Assembly (NCBI GenBank): GCA_009859145.1 | Contig: VRVR01000062.1 | Coordinates: 62,001-126,000 of the forward strand | From: Andalucia godoyi And28 | Taxonomy: Eukaryota > Protista > Jakobida | Direction: 5' to 3' | Length of the DNA: 64,000 nucleotides | Part shown: positions 10,228-20,623 of the stretch, piece by piece | Layout of the letters: each line of letters begins with the position of its first letter | How positions within the stretch are numbered: position 1 is the first letter of the stretch | Position numbers and translations under genes: made by a program | The notes under the pieces: generated by a model | What the model saw: the letters and a program-made list of their open reading frames with translations, nothing else | What the model was told of the DNA's origin: nothing | The model's database searches: none

Positions 10228-10911
10228 TCAAGAGTCGATATCCACGCTGCAGTCAAAGCACACACTGAACTTCTTGTCCTCCTCGGGATTGAGGAACCCA
10301 AACGTCCCGATGGTGACAACGGAGTGAGGTGGGACCGTGGCTCGCAGGCCCGGTGATGCAACAAGTGTCTGCAGAACAGGAAGCTCGTCCAAGGACAAAT
10401 CATATCCGGACATTGACGGAGACACGACCATTGGTTCCACCGACGACCGGCCGGATTTCTGCGGACTCTGGGAAACATCGTTGACGTTCACCTCATCATC
10501 ATCATCACCATCGACACCGTGGTCCGAGGTCGTGCTCACTGCAATGCCATCCAGCGTCAGCGACTGCAGACGGGATGCAGACCCACCAACCGCCAACGAC
10601 GGTTCCGAGTCTGCAACAGAGAATGGCGTGCCCACCACAAACAGATCTCCAGAAGTGGCAGATTCCACATGTGCATCGACCAGATCGGGTCTTTCGGAAA
10701 GAGACACCTTCATTTTGAAATCCGAGTCGTTGACAGCAAGCAGCTGCAGAACCGGCTCTGACGACTCTGTGTACTGATTTGCAAACACACACTGCAGATG
10801 AAACGCAGAATGAAGCGCAGATGGCCGCGCAATCGAAATCACTACATTGTTCGACGCTTCATTAGCTCGCAGCCTGTCCAAAGAAACCGGAAACCGCACA
10901 AGCATGGACAT
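10228..10911 (-). CDS. Hypothetical protein
   Basis: ORF of about 227 aa from ATG 10911 (MSMLVRFPVSLDRL...), flanked by microsatellite-rich UTR-like DNA. No family recognised. Confidence 0.6.
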   Translation of the reverse strand: MSMLVRFPVSLDRLRANEASNNVVISIARPSALHSAFHLQCVFANQYTESSEPVLQLLAVNDSDFKMKVSLSERPDLVDAHVESATSGDLFVVGTPFSVADSEPSLAVGGSASRLQSLTLDGIAVSTTSDHGVDGDDDDEVNVNDVSQSPQKSGRSSVEPMVVSPSMSGYDLSLDELPVLQTLVASPGLRATVPPHSVVTIGTFGFLNPEEDKKFSVCFDCSVDIDS

Positions 10912-11321
10912 TTCACACAAATACACACACACACACACACTCAATCACTCACTCACTCACTCACTCACTCTCTTTCACTCACACCCACTGCTAAATTAAA
11001 AACAAATGCTACTGGTGGAGGAAAAACGATAACGAAGAGAAGAAAAAGGGCAGCGGGCCCGGCTTCCAGTTTTCGTAGCAACACAATTGACACTTCTGAC
11101 ACAAAGGGTCTTTTGCGGTCTCTTTGCCTGTGCCCAACCTTGGACTCTCTCTCTCTCTCTTTCTCTCTCACTCACACACTCTCTCTTTTCACACGTCCTA
11201 CTTCCTTTTTCATTTCCTTTGTCGTCTTCTTTCATCTTGGTCTGATTGTTGTCATCATTCGCCAGGGGTTTGTTGGAAGTCGCCGTTCGTTTCTTCTTCT
11301 TCTTCTTGTGAACATTGAACG

Positions 11322-12629
11322 ATGCCGCGCATATCGATTTCTCGCGAATCGGGGTTTTCCGTCCATAATATTCCGTTTGGCGTGTTTTCTGCGCCTCTTC
11401 GCGGAGTGAATGAGCCGGTTTGTGCAACTCGGATTGGCGACTTCGTGGTGGATCTCGCACAACTTGCGACTTCTGGGTTTTTTGATTCTGCACCGACGTT
11501 TGGGTTCTCGGTTGCCAAGCGCATCTTCTCGCAGTCCTGCTTGAACGAGTTCATGGCGCTTGGACGTCCTGCGTGGAGCGAGGCGAGAAGGATGCTGCAG
11601 AGCGCTCTTACTGTTGTGGACAGCTCGTCGTCTGCAGATGTCCTCGAGTACGAACATGCATTTCCTGCAAGTGCGGTTATTCCGGTGAACGCGGTATCAA
11701 TGCATCTTCCTTCTCGGATCGGAGACTACACGGACTTTTATGCGTCAAAGGAACACGCTACGAATGTTGGAATCATGTTTCGAGGCAAGGAGAATGCACT
11801 GATGCCGAACTGGTTGCATCTTCCTGTCGGATACCATGGACGTGCGTCGTCTGTTGTTGTCAGTGGAACCAATTTCCATCGTCCTTGTGGCCAGACGAAG
11901 GCTGATGATGCACCCGCTCCGTCTCATACTCCGTCTCGCCTTCTTGACTTTGAGCTTGAAATGGGCTTCTTCGTCGGACCAAAGACCGAGATGGGCTCGC
12001 CTCTGATTGCTCGAGAAGCCAAAGACCACATCTTTGGATTCGTGTTGTTGAACGACTGGTCTGCGCGGGACATCCAAAAGTGGGAGTATGTTCCTCTTGG
12101 ACCGTTTGGCGCCAAGAACTTCTGCACCACCATCTCCCCGTGGGTCGTGACGTTGGAGGCTCTTGAGCCGTTCCACGTGTCTCCGCCTCCTCAGGATCCC
12201 GCAGTGCTGCCATACCTCAAGGAGCGCCCCGGTGCAGAGACCTCGTTTGACATCAAGCTGTCCGTCGAAATTACCACCGCAAAAGGAAACAACAAGGTTG
12301 TTTCAGAGTCCAATCTAAAGTACTTGTATTGGACGGCATCGCAACAGCTGGCGCATCATAGCGTGACGGGATGCAACATGCAGCCTGGAGATTTACTTGG
12401 CACGGGCACAATTTCAGGGCCGGACCCAAGCAGCTTTGGTTCCTTGCTTGAAATCACCTGGAGAGGTGAAAAGTCGATTGACATGGGTGGCGACGAGGTG
12501 CGTAAGTTCCTTCAAGACGGAGATTCCGTCACAATGCGAGGATACTGTCAGCATCCCGACGGTTGGCGTGTTGGTTTCGGCGAGTGCACCGGAAAAGTTC
12601 TCCCTGCTCGGCCCATCCCCACCGAGTAA
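11322..12629 (+). CDS. FAH: Fumarylacetoacetase
   Basis: FSVHNIPFGVFS, MHLPSRIGDYTDFYASKEHATNVGIMFRGKENALMPNWLHLPVGYHGRASSVVVSGT, LDFELEMGFF, LLNDWSARDIQKWEYVPLGPFGAKNF, HHSVTGCNMQPGDLLGTGTISG and RVGFGECTGKVLPA are all canonical FAH motifs. Confidence 0.97.
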   Translation: MPRISISRESGFSVHNIPFGVFSAPLRGVNEPVCATRIGDFVVDLAQLATSGFFDSAPTFGFSVAKRIFSQSCLNEFMALGRPAWSEARRMLQSALTVVDSSSSADVLEYEHAFPASAVIPVNAVSMHLPSRIGDYTDFYASKEHATNVGIMFRGKENALMPNWLHLPVGYHGRASSVVVSGTNFHRPCGQTKADDAPAPSHTPSRLLDFELEMGFFVGPKTEMGSPLIAREAKDHIFGFVLLNDWSARDIQKWEYVPLGPFGAKNFCTTISPWVVTLEALEPFHVSPPPQDPAVLPYLKERPGAETSFDIKLSVEITTAKGNNKVVSESNLKYLYWTASQQLAHHSVTGCNMQPGDLLGTGTISGPDPSSFGSLLEITWRGEKSIDMGGDEVRKFLQDGDSVTMRGYCQHPDGWRVGFGECTGKVLPARPIPTE

Positions 12630-12701
12630 TCTCCTCTCTTCCCCAGAGCCATTGTCGTCAGACACCGACACCCAACAGTTAATAAAATAAATAAAAACAC
12701 G

Positions 12702-12806
12702 GCCGACCGCTCGCCAAAAACTTGAATCATTATTGATCATCATCGGCTACGCTGTCCCCGGAGACAGATCCAAGCCCACTTGTTTTTTTAATTAATAATT
12801 TGGGGC
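12702..12806. repeat. Dispersed ~100-bp element, copy 2
   Basis: Aligns with 8174-8270 with a few substitutions and small indels, more divergent in the AT-rich 3' part. It sits between the FAH 3' end and the transposase relic. Confidence 0.9.
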
Positions 12807-13027
12807 GAGCACCAACTCTTCGATGCAGGTTGCTCTGCATTAAAGGATCATCGCAACCAACATATTCACCAATCGGTTCAACATTCAAAAAATAAAAAAA
12901 ATGAACGCTGGAGAAAACAAAATGTGGTTGGCGATGTTGCACATCGCATGCGCAATTCTCTGACGACGCCTTTTGCCTTTGCTCCTTCTTGTTCTCTGAC
13001 TTAAAGGATGGCACTATTCAGAATCCG

Positions 13028-13530
13028 TGGAGCAAGATCATTTTCACTGACAAAGTTGAATGAATGTGAAAGAGTGCAGACCGCTGTTGCCGATTGGAAA
13101 GATCGATCTTCCGAACATTCCTGCAATCGTGGCAGCGAACAAGGAGAGGATCGTGTATTTTGATTGCTACGTCGCAGTGTCACAGCATAAACATACGCTG
13201 ATTTTCTCAAGCATCTCTTCGCCGAGCTGCAGAAGACTGGCGCGATCTCCAAGGAAGGCGACCCAAAACAGCTCACTGTTCAGGACAACTGTGCTATTCA
13301 CAAAGCAAAATAGTGCAATCTGAAATCCCAGAAGGCATTGAAATGTGCCTTTTGCCTGCGTATTCGCCGTCTCTCGATTCTTGTGAAGAAGTCTTCAGCA
13401 CGTGGGAATGATATTTCACACAGATTGCCGCGAGGACTCTTCCGCAATCGAAGCAGAATCTTGTCGACTTGATATGCAAGGCCTACCGCAAAATCACATC
13501 TTCTGAAATCAAAGGTGCCTGGGATCCTCC
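13028..13530 (+). mobile_element. Decayed IS630/Tc1-mariner (DDE_3-type, DD34E-like) transposase pseudogene
   Basis: Four frame segments joined by frameshifts and stops: WSKIIFTD (D1 at 13049), NIPAIVAANKERIVYF, DFLKHLFAEL...VQDNCAIHKAK* (D2 at 13284), and MCLLPAYSPSLDSCEEVFSTWE*YFTQIAARTLPQSKQNLVDLICKAYRKITSSEIKGAW (E at 13385). These match the W..viFsDE, DNa.iHk and LPpYSPdlNPIE..W motifs. No TIRs recognised. Confidence 0.8.
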
Positions 13531-14599
13531 CCCACAGGCTGGATGCGGTGGCATCATTGGCAGATCTATCCAACAGCGAGCAACTGCAGGTCTGTCTGCA
13601 GCAAGCCATCTTGACCACCATGTACATTGCATTCGGAGACGTGCTCTCGTGGTTACCGCCGATGGTCATCGTTCTTGCAGAGAACCAGCAACAGGATTCG
13701 CATACTCGTGTGCGGACCAAAACGGACCTGTTTGAGATTCGAGCGGAAATTCTTGCTGCCCTGCTGGATGCTTCACTTCATACATCGGTGTTGGCCGGCC
13801 ATGTGTCTCTGCGGTTGTTTCCCCAGCAATTAAAAGATGCAGTTCCAACGCTTTTTTTGAGTGGGAAGAGCGAAATGGTGCGGACAACGTGATCGCAGTT
13901 CGAATGCGAGAGTTTTGCTTGACATCGAAATTGTGGATGTTGGTGATTCCGGGAATGCAGAGTGCATCCGGCTGCATTGTTATGAGTCTCTTTGATGTGA
14001 TTCCGCTCGGCGCTGGTGTATGATCTCATTCTGGTTCCATCATGAGCGTGCGAAAGGACAGAAGATGACCACGTTTTTTTTTTTTTTGCTCTTCTAGAAA
14101 TATTCATGAACGACGATGTGTCGGTATAGATGATAACTTCATTGATTTCTCCTGGGTGATGACAGAAAGCATTTTACAGCAATACAAAAAAGAAGAATGT
14201 TATTGTCTTTCCACATTTAATTCGAATCCTTGTTTTCATCGACTTGCTGCACGCTCGTCCACACCTGGTCTCGTACCCACATTGTAACCGTCTTCTCCCG
14301 TCTGTTGTCTCCATATTTCTGCCTCCGCATCGAGGATTGCTTCTCATTCCTCGACGGGTTTTCAGCTTTCCCGATTTCTGCGTAAACGCTGGAGAGGCTC
14401 GGTCGCAGATTGTCGACTCGCACAAGACCCATTCAAGTGTGGTTCCATGGACTCTCTCGATGTGATGTTTCAGCCTTCCCCAAAGCATCCAAACGAAAGC
14501 ATTCGTCAAAGCGACACAACACAATCCTCGTCCTGCTCATTTCACTTGTTCGGTTTTCTTGAAAAAAAACACGAGAGTTCTCCTCCAGAAAAGAGGATA

Positions 14600-14612
14600 G
14601 AAGAAGAAGAAG

Positions 14613-14644
<32 letters not shown>

Positions 14645-14662
14645 GTAGTAGTAGTAGTAGTT
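14600..14662. repeat. Compound microsatellite (GAA)n(GTA)n immediately upstream of PSME4
   Basis: Read directly; ends about 9 nt before the ATG at 14671. Confidence 0.9.
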
Positions 14663-14670
14663 GCTGGATC

Positions 14671-17600
14671 ATGTCTTCTGTGCTTTCGCTGCTTCCCGCT
14701 GATCAGCAGGATGCGATCCGCGAAGAGTCGGCTGTGTGGAAGGAGAAGATCCTGCAGGGGCTGGAGACGGCATATGACACAAAGTATGTTTCGGTATTTG
14801 CGTTCTGGGTGCGACAAGCAGATGCGTACCTGGATATGAAGCGGGCGTTCACAGTCGCGGAAAAGTCTGTGATTGTGAACATGCTTATAAAGATGGCATT
14901 CACATTTCCCAGCCACACAACCCGAGTTCGCCGGTGGTTCAAAACGGTTGCAAGATTGTGCAAGCCGTACGAGGAGTTGCCGAATCTGCATGTGGATTGG
15001 AAACCGTTCTATGTCTTGATAGAAACGTCTGGATTTGGAAGAATGAGAGGAGGGCTGTCTGTGAAGCCTGCTGGGTTTCTGCAGGCGTGCGCCAGCGTTG
15101 TGGAGTGCCTACGGGACTACTTCTCTCCGGATGCAGCAGCGGAAATTCTGGAATACTCGTTTTCAAAGTTGTGCCCGCAAGATGAAGTCGTTTACAGATC
15201 CCTGTGCTTGCTTTCGCTCTTTCTTCCGTCCTGCGGCCCCGCTGCTGCAAAGGATGTGAAGAACGGATTCCCGTGGGTGTCTGAATTGATTAGAATTCTA
15301 TCTTGGATGGATAATTCTCCGGCTTGGGATCTGTGCATATTTTCCGTGCTGTCGCGACTGGCAGAACAGCAACCCGGCGTAGTAGACTGGAAGCCCCACA
15401 TGGAGTATTTGATGACGAGAATTCTTCGAATCATCGATGTTCCGATCGGAAGCAGCCCAGTTTCTGCTCGGCGGAATATGCAGTTTCCAAATTCAACGCA
15501 GTTTTTCTTCTCCGAAGGAAAGCCCGATGAGCTTGTGGTGGACGAGGTTGCGGTGTTTTTGATCTATTTGATCCGACCCAAGGATTCGCCCTGTGGATAC
15601 AACGGTCTGTCGATTCTTCAAAAGGTGTTCTCCAGCATAGAGTCGTACTATCACCCATCAAACGGTGGTGGATGGACCGGCCGCCTGGCGATCCTGCTGG
15701 AGTCCGTGGCATCTGGATATTGCGAGAGAGCCCGACGAGAGAGATTTGAGTGCCGGGTGAAGTATCCTGTTTCGCAGGAGTGGCTGTTGTCCGAGCAGGA
15801 TGACGCGGATTTTACGGAAATGCTGTACCCTATCTGCAAAATGGCCTTACTCTCCAAACACTCCCAAATGGTTTGGACTGCGATTGTCACAACGAAGCAT
15901 CTGGTCAGTCTCTCACCGTTGTCCGTCCTTCCGCGTGTGATTGAGATGGCATCGCATGCTCTTCAGACATTGACGGAGACGCATCAAACCACAGCTCTTT
16001 TGCGTGCACTTGCAGTTTCTACTCGAATGCTGATCCAGCAGTCAACCGGTCTTCCCAACGGGTTGCTCTTGCTTGGGGAACTTTTCAACCTTGCATTACC
16101 AGGCATTGATCCGAATGATTCTGGCAAAACCAGGTCCACTCTCTCATTCTTTTCTGTGGTGTTTTCTTCCATTCCCGTTGCTCCGAGCGGGGCAGTGCGA
16201 TTGTCCGGTGATAACCCAGATGTACAGCCCTTCCTTGACATGCTTCACAGCTGGCCATTGCAGTTTGTACGGCGTCTCGTGGTGGCTTTGGGGTCTTTCC
16301 GAGAAGAGAACAAGAGAGCATTGTGGATGGCAGTCAAGCCAATCGAGCGTTCCATTTTGAAAGTCTTCCAGAATTTACACCCGTCCTTTGTCCCATCCAT
16401 TGTGTCGCACTTGGTAACCTCCATGTTTTCGGAGATCAATGTGGATGCTGTCAAGCCGATTTCCACGCTGTTTGGACAAATTTGTCGTGCACATCCTGCA
16501 GATGCACTTCCTGCGTTTCTCCCACCTTTGTTCAACCGTCTTTTAAGTGACCATGCGTTCACCGAAGTGGAATGCAATTGGTTTGTGACGATTTTGAGAT
16601 ACTCGATTCGTCGCTGCGGAAGACATCTTTTGAAGTTCCGTCTTCAAATCGAGAGGGTTTTGGAGACGCTTATGAACAGAAAGCATTCAGAATCGAAGAA
16701 CGTGTTTTTCAAGCAGGGCTGCAAGCTGTTGCGGTGCATTCTGGAGGCTCTCACCATGTATTATGTGGATGACTTTCGGTCTCTGAATCCAGACGAGTAC
16801 GACGAATTGCTCCGACGGTATGATCCGTCGGAGTTTTGGGGTCGGACGTACAAGCCTGAAGAAGTCCAGGTAGTTTGGCATGTTCCCTCACGTGAGGAGC
16901 TCGACTGGGCCTTGGAAATCATCGAAAAATACGGGTCAGCAACCTTGCAGTTCTGCCAACAGTTTCTGACCTCTTCGTTTGACGACAAAGTTGCACTCGA
17001 AAAGTTCCAAATTCTGCGTGCAGTTTTTCGAGGTGCCTCGACGTTGCTACCAAAGGACTTTTGCTTAGTGTCTGTGGACCGAGCAGAGGCGGATCGCATT
17101 GAACAAGAGTGTTCCACAGAGTGTTGTTCGCAAGTGGACGATTCCAATCCTCAGGATGACGACAGGAGAATCACGTTTCGCCCTTCCATTGCATTTTTTG
17201 GGAAGCTCTACGGGGAGTATCGAAATCGGGTGGCTGGCTTTTCTAACGATTCCCTGGCATTTGTTCGGTCTTTCAACAAGGTGATGAGCGCCTCTCATGA
17301 AGACAAGGTGCCTGTTCTCTCTTTGTTGTGCAAACTGTACATGTCATTGGTTTGTTTCCACGGGATTTCTCGAGAGAAGGTTCGCATGATGGAGCGAATT
17401 CACACGGATGTGAAGAACTACCAATACAATACGCTGCTGCCCAGAGAAAAATCCTACATCCGGTCGATCTGGCTGGACCGAGCGGAGCTGTTGTATGCAG
17501 AACGGCTGTCACAAGTTGTCGATCAGCGTTGTCCGTCTGTTATTTTCCGTGCCGTAATGCACGATCTCATCAATCTATCCATGCACCAGTTTAGCAAGGT

Positions 17601-20268
17601 CCGCAAGATTGCCCAGACCGCTTTGACGTCCGTCGTGTACATGTTTCCCGTTTACACTGTTCAAAGTCTGCTGCAGATTCCTATACGAAAACTGCAAGAC
17701 CGATCTTCGTCTGAATGGGTGATCACGGGCTCCTGCTATGTGCTGACAACCTTTTCGGGGGATATCATGTGTTCTTGGGACTTGCTCTTGATGCTGGCAG
17801 TAACATTAATCAAGGTGGAGCGATTCGACGTCACTGCTTCCGTTCAAGGACGGGTGAACCAGTTGTTCGCAACGCTGAACAGTTCATTCTATGATCTTGC
17901 CATCTTGTCGAACCGCACACGGGAATTGATCAATGGGCGAATCGACGAGATCTTGTCTGTCCTGCAATCTTCCAAGCAGAGTTTGTCGTGGAGAGGCCAT
18001 GCACTAGCACTTGCTGTGCTTTCTTTGTGCACGCGGCAAGATATTCCTCCCCGGCTCCAGACTGTGCAAGCTGCTCTCGACAGTCTTGTATCCGAGATTG
18101 CCCAAGTTCGTATTGTCGCCGGAAAACTCTTATCCAAGTGTCTGGTTCTGCTGAAACCGATGCAGCCGAAGAGAATCGTGGAGTCCGACGGTTCAAAGTT
18201 GGACATGACCGTGATGGACGCTCGGGCTTCTCCGGCCGACAAATCCCAACGAGCTGCGTTCGTGTTTTTGGATAAGAATTATTTTGGATACTGGTCTCAA
18301 CCGAGGAAATACGAGGTCTACGACTATTCACTGCCTGCACAGCCAAGGTTTCCATCTGTTGCCGAGCAAGTGCGCTTGGAGTTGTTGTCTCGATTCAAGT
18401 CCGACCCCTGGAGATCGCAAGCAATTCGGTTCATGTCTGGAGACATTCAGCAGCACTTTTCTCAAGGCGTGGCGGATTTGGCGAAAGGACTTTTCCAGAT
18501 CTGCGGTATCCAGTTGTTGACAGACGGCAAAGTAGGAGATGAGATTTCGCGACTGCTCAGCATGCAGTCAAAATTAGAAGAACAGCACAGAGTGATTCAG
18601 CAAGCAATGGCGGTTGCAGCTGGCCACGGCGCGCATCTGAATGGTCCACGGGCTGCCCAAATTCAGTCCATGGAATCCGGGACAAAGTTTCCAGCGCGTC
18701 GCTCTTCTTCTTCGATCGCCACCAATTTCCCTCAGATTGCAGAATCTGTGCTCAAAGGAGAGAAGCTGGTAGAGAAGGCGGATGTCAAAGACGCAATGGC
18801 GCTTGCCACGTCCATTGCGGCAGGTTTGCACCGCGGTTTGAAGCACAAGTCTGCAGAGGATGTAGAGTTCGCAACGACTTTTGTCAAGTCGAAGATTTTG
18901 CCGATGTTGTATACCGTGGATCCGGAATGCGTGGCTTACTTTATTAGTTTTATTCGTCATGTCTCTTATGACACGGACCCAATCCGAATTCGCTGGTTGC
19001 TGGATCGGCTGTTAGGGGAGCTTGTGTCACCGTCGGCGCTTGACGGGCCTCCTGGTCTTCAGCATCGCCGCTTGAAGTACATGAATCCGATGCTGGGAGA
19101 AGTTGGGTGGAGGAGCCAGCAGATGAACAGAACTGTATTGCATCTTGCAATCGCAAACACCAGTCACCCGTACGCCCAGGTGCGTGACACTTTAGCATCC
19201 TTTGCTGCCATTTGCATCCACAACATGCTTGCTCGCACCGATAATTTTGACGAAGTATTCGCAGCCATGAAGATGTCAGCGAACTGGAAAGAAACCCAAA
19301 AGAAATTCTTCTTGTCGTTTTTGTCACATTTGTCATTCCTTGGAACGCCCTGTCCGCAGTACGTTGCGCAAAACGTGATTGCGGCGGCGCAGCTCCATTC
19401 GGAGAGAGATGAGGATATCTTGAAGCTGGCGAAAACGTCGCTGACAGGGATTTCGGTCAGTCTTGTCAGTGACGCTGCGCACGTTTTGGACGATCTTCGC
19501 GCGTTCCTCTTGTCAAGTTCCACCGATTCCTCTGCGGTTTCGTGGAAGGCGCGGTCTGCGCTTCTTGGTTTCCTGCAGAGATTTGCATTCAACCATGCAT
19601 TCATCATTTTCAAGAACCCCGCCGCTGTAACGGAGCTTGTTGACATGTTGAGCGCCTTGCTGATGGATCCGCATGTGGAAGTCCGGGAAATGGCCACGAC
19701 CACTCTATCGGGCCTCTTCCGAGTCAGCGACCCGTCGCTGCCCATGCGACTTGTCGACAAGTTCAAGCAATGGTCCAACGTCCGTGTCCAGCGCGATCTT
19801 CTGCGCCATCGCCGACCTTCTGCACTTGCCTCATCGTCTGACTCTCCTGTCTTTTCGCCGGTCTCCCCCTTCCCCTCCTCTTCCCCCTCCGCATCCACCT
19901 TTGTGGCGGATCTTTCTTTGTTGACCATGTCTCCGACCGTCTCTATGCCCACAAACGCATTTCGTGTAGACGATGAAGCGCGCATTAAGGAGCGCAATCG
20001 TCTTGTCAAACGTCATGCAGGCGTCCTTGGCTTATGTGCGATTGTCCTTTCGCACCCTTATGGAGTCCCAGAATGGCTCGTCCCCGTGATCGTTGCTCTG
20101 TCGCGACATGTAGATGACCCAGAGCCCGTCAACACTTCGGTGAAGCGGTGCTTCCGCGACTTTTGGCGCACGCAGAAGGACACCTGGCATCTGTTCAAGA
20201 CCATGTTTGAACCAGACGACCTGTCATCACTGACAGAACTCGTCATCTCACCGAATTATTATGCGTAG
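14671..20268 (+). CDS. PSME4: Proteasome activator PA200/Blm10
   Basis: 1865-aa HEAT-like ORF with YYHPSNGGGWTGRL, LPGIDPNDSGKTRSTLSFF, WHVPSREE, FLDKNYFGYW, HPYAQVR, HVEVREMATTTLSGL, RHAGVLGLCAIVLSHPYGVPEWL, FRDFWRTQKDTW and the C-terminal HbYX motif SPNYYA. Confidence 0.96.
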   Translation: MSSVLSLLPADQQDAIREESAVWKEKILQGLETAYDTKYVSVFAFWVRQADAYLDMKRAFTVAEKSVIVNMLIKMAFTFPSHTTRVRRWFKTVARLCKPYEELPNLHVDWKPFYVLIETSGFGRMRGGLSVKPAGFLQACASVVECLRDYFSPDAAAEILEYSFSKLCPQDEVVYRSLCLLSLFLPSCGPAAAKDVKNGFPWVSELIRILSWMDNSPAWDLCIFSVLSRLAEQQPGVVDWKPHMEYLMTRILRIIDVPIGSSPVSARRNMQFPNSTQFFFSEGKPDELVVDEVAVFLIYLIRPKDSPCGYNGLSILQKVFSSIESYYHPSNGGGWTGRLAILLESVASGYCERARRERFECRVKYPVSQEWLLSEQDDADFTEMLYPICKMALLSKHSQMVWTAIVTTKHLVSLSPLSVLPRVIEMASHALQTLTETHQTTALLRALAVSTRMLIQQSTGLPNGLLLLGELFNLALPGIDPNDSGKTRSTLSFFSVVFSSIPVAPSGAVRLSGDNPDVQPFLDMLHSWPLQFVRRLVVALGSFREENKRALWMAVKPIERSILKVFQNLHPSFVPSIVSHLVTSMFSEINVDAVKPISTLFGQICRAHPADALPAFLPPLFNRLLSDHAFTEVECNWFVTILRYSIRRCGRHLLKFRLQIERVLETLMNRKHSESKNVFFKQGCKLLRCILEALTMYYVDDFRSLNPDEYDELLRRYDPSEFWGRTYKPEEVQVVWHVPSREELDWALEIIEKYGSATLQFCQQFLTSSFDDKVALEKFQILRAVFRGASTLLPKDFCLVSVDRAEADRIEQECSTECCSQVDDSNPQDDDRRITFRPSIAFFGKLYGEYRNRVAGFSNDSLAFVRSFNKVMSASHEDKVPVLSLLCKLYMSLVCFHGISREKVRMMERIHTDVKNYQYNTLLPREKSYIRSIWLDRAELLYAERLSQVVDQRCPSVIFRAVMHDLINLSMHQFSKVRKIAQTALTSVVYMFPVYTVQSLLQIPIRKLQDRSSSEWVITGSCYVLTTFSGDIMCSWDLLLMLAVTLIKVERFDVTASVQGRVNQLFATLNSSFYDLAILSNRTRELINGRIDEILSVLQSSKQSLSWRGHALALAVLSLCTRQDIPPRLQTVQAALDSLVSEIAQVRIVAGKLLSKCLVLLKPMQPKRIVESDGSKLDMTVMDARASPADKSQRAAFVFLDKNYFGYWSQPRKYEVYDYSLPAQPRFPSVAEQVRLELLSRFKSDPWRSQAIRFMSGDIQQHFSQGVADLAKGLFQICGIQLLTDGKVGDEISRLLSMQSKLEEQHRVIQQAMAVAAGHGAHLNGPRAAQIQSMESGTKFPARRSSSSIATNFPQIAESVLKGEKLVEKADVKDAMALATSIAAGLHRGLKHKSAEDVEFATTFVKSKILPMLYTVDPECVAYFISFIRHVSYDTDPIRIRWLLDRLLGELVSPSALDGPPGLQHRRLKYMNPMLGEVGWRSQQMNRTVLHLAIANTSHPYAQVRDTLASFAAICIHNMLARTDNFDEVFAAMKMSANWKETQKKFFLSFLSHLSFLGTPCPQYVAQNVIAAAQLHSERDEDILKLAKTSLTGISVSLVSDAAHVLDDLRAFLLSSSTDSSAVSWKARSALLGFLQRFAFNHAFIIFKNPAAVTELVDMLSALLMDPHVEVREMATTTLSGLFRVSDPSLPMRLVDKFKQWSNVRVQRDLLRHRRPSALASSSDSPVFSPVSPFPSSSPSASTFVADLSLLTMSPTVSMPTNAFRVDDEARIKERNRLVKRHAGVLGLCAIVLSHPYGVPEWLVPVIVALSRHVDDPEPVNTSVKRCFRDFWRTQKDTWHLFKTMFEPDDLSSLTELVISPNYYA

Positions 20269-20623
20269 CCGTCGCCCTCCAAAAAACAATAATAATAATA
20301 ACAATGATCATAACAATTATTTGTAAAATAGAGTGTAGAAAGCATAGACTGTTGTTATAAAGTGCGTTGTTGTGTCGTTTCCCGCCCGGCGGATCCTCGA
20401 TCAACGTGCATCGCACCATTCTTCAGAGACTCCGCACGCACCGAGAGGCCCAGATGAAAGGGCGGAAAAGAAATCCAACTTTCTGGATCGCTATAATAAT
20501 AAATAAATGATTGATTAATTAATTAATTGGGGGGCTTTGCAAGACTGCGTATGGAAATCTTTTGTTGCTGTCATTTGCTGTCAATCATTCCTCTGCAACA
20601 CAGTGACGCATTTTTCTTTCTCA

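Noticed and set aside
19164-20009. 281-aa minus-strand ORF
   Set aside because: Antisense to the conserved PSME4 C-terminus.
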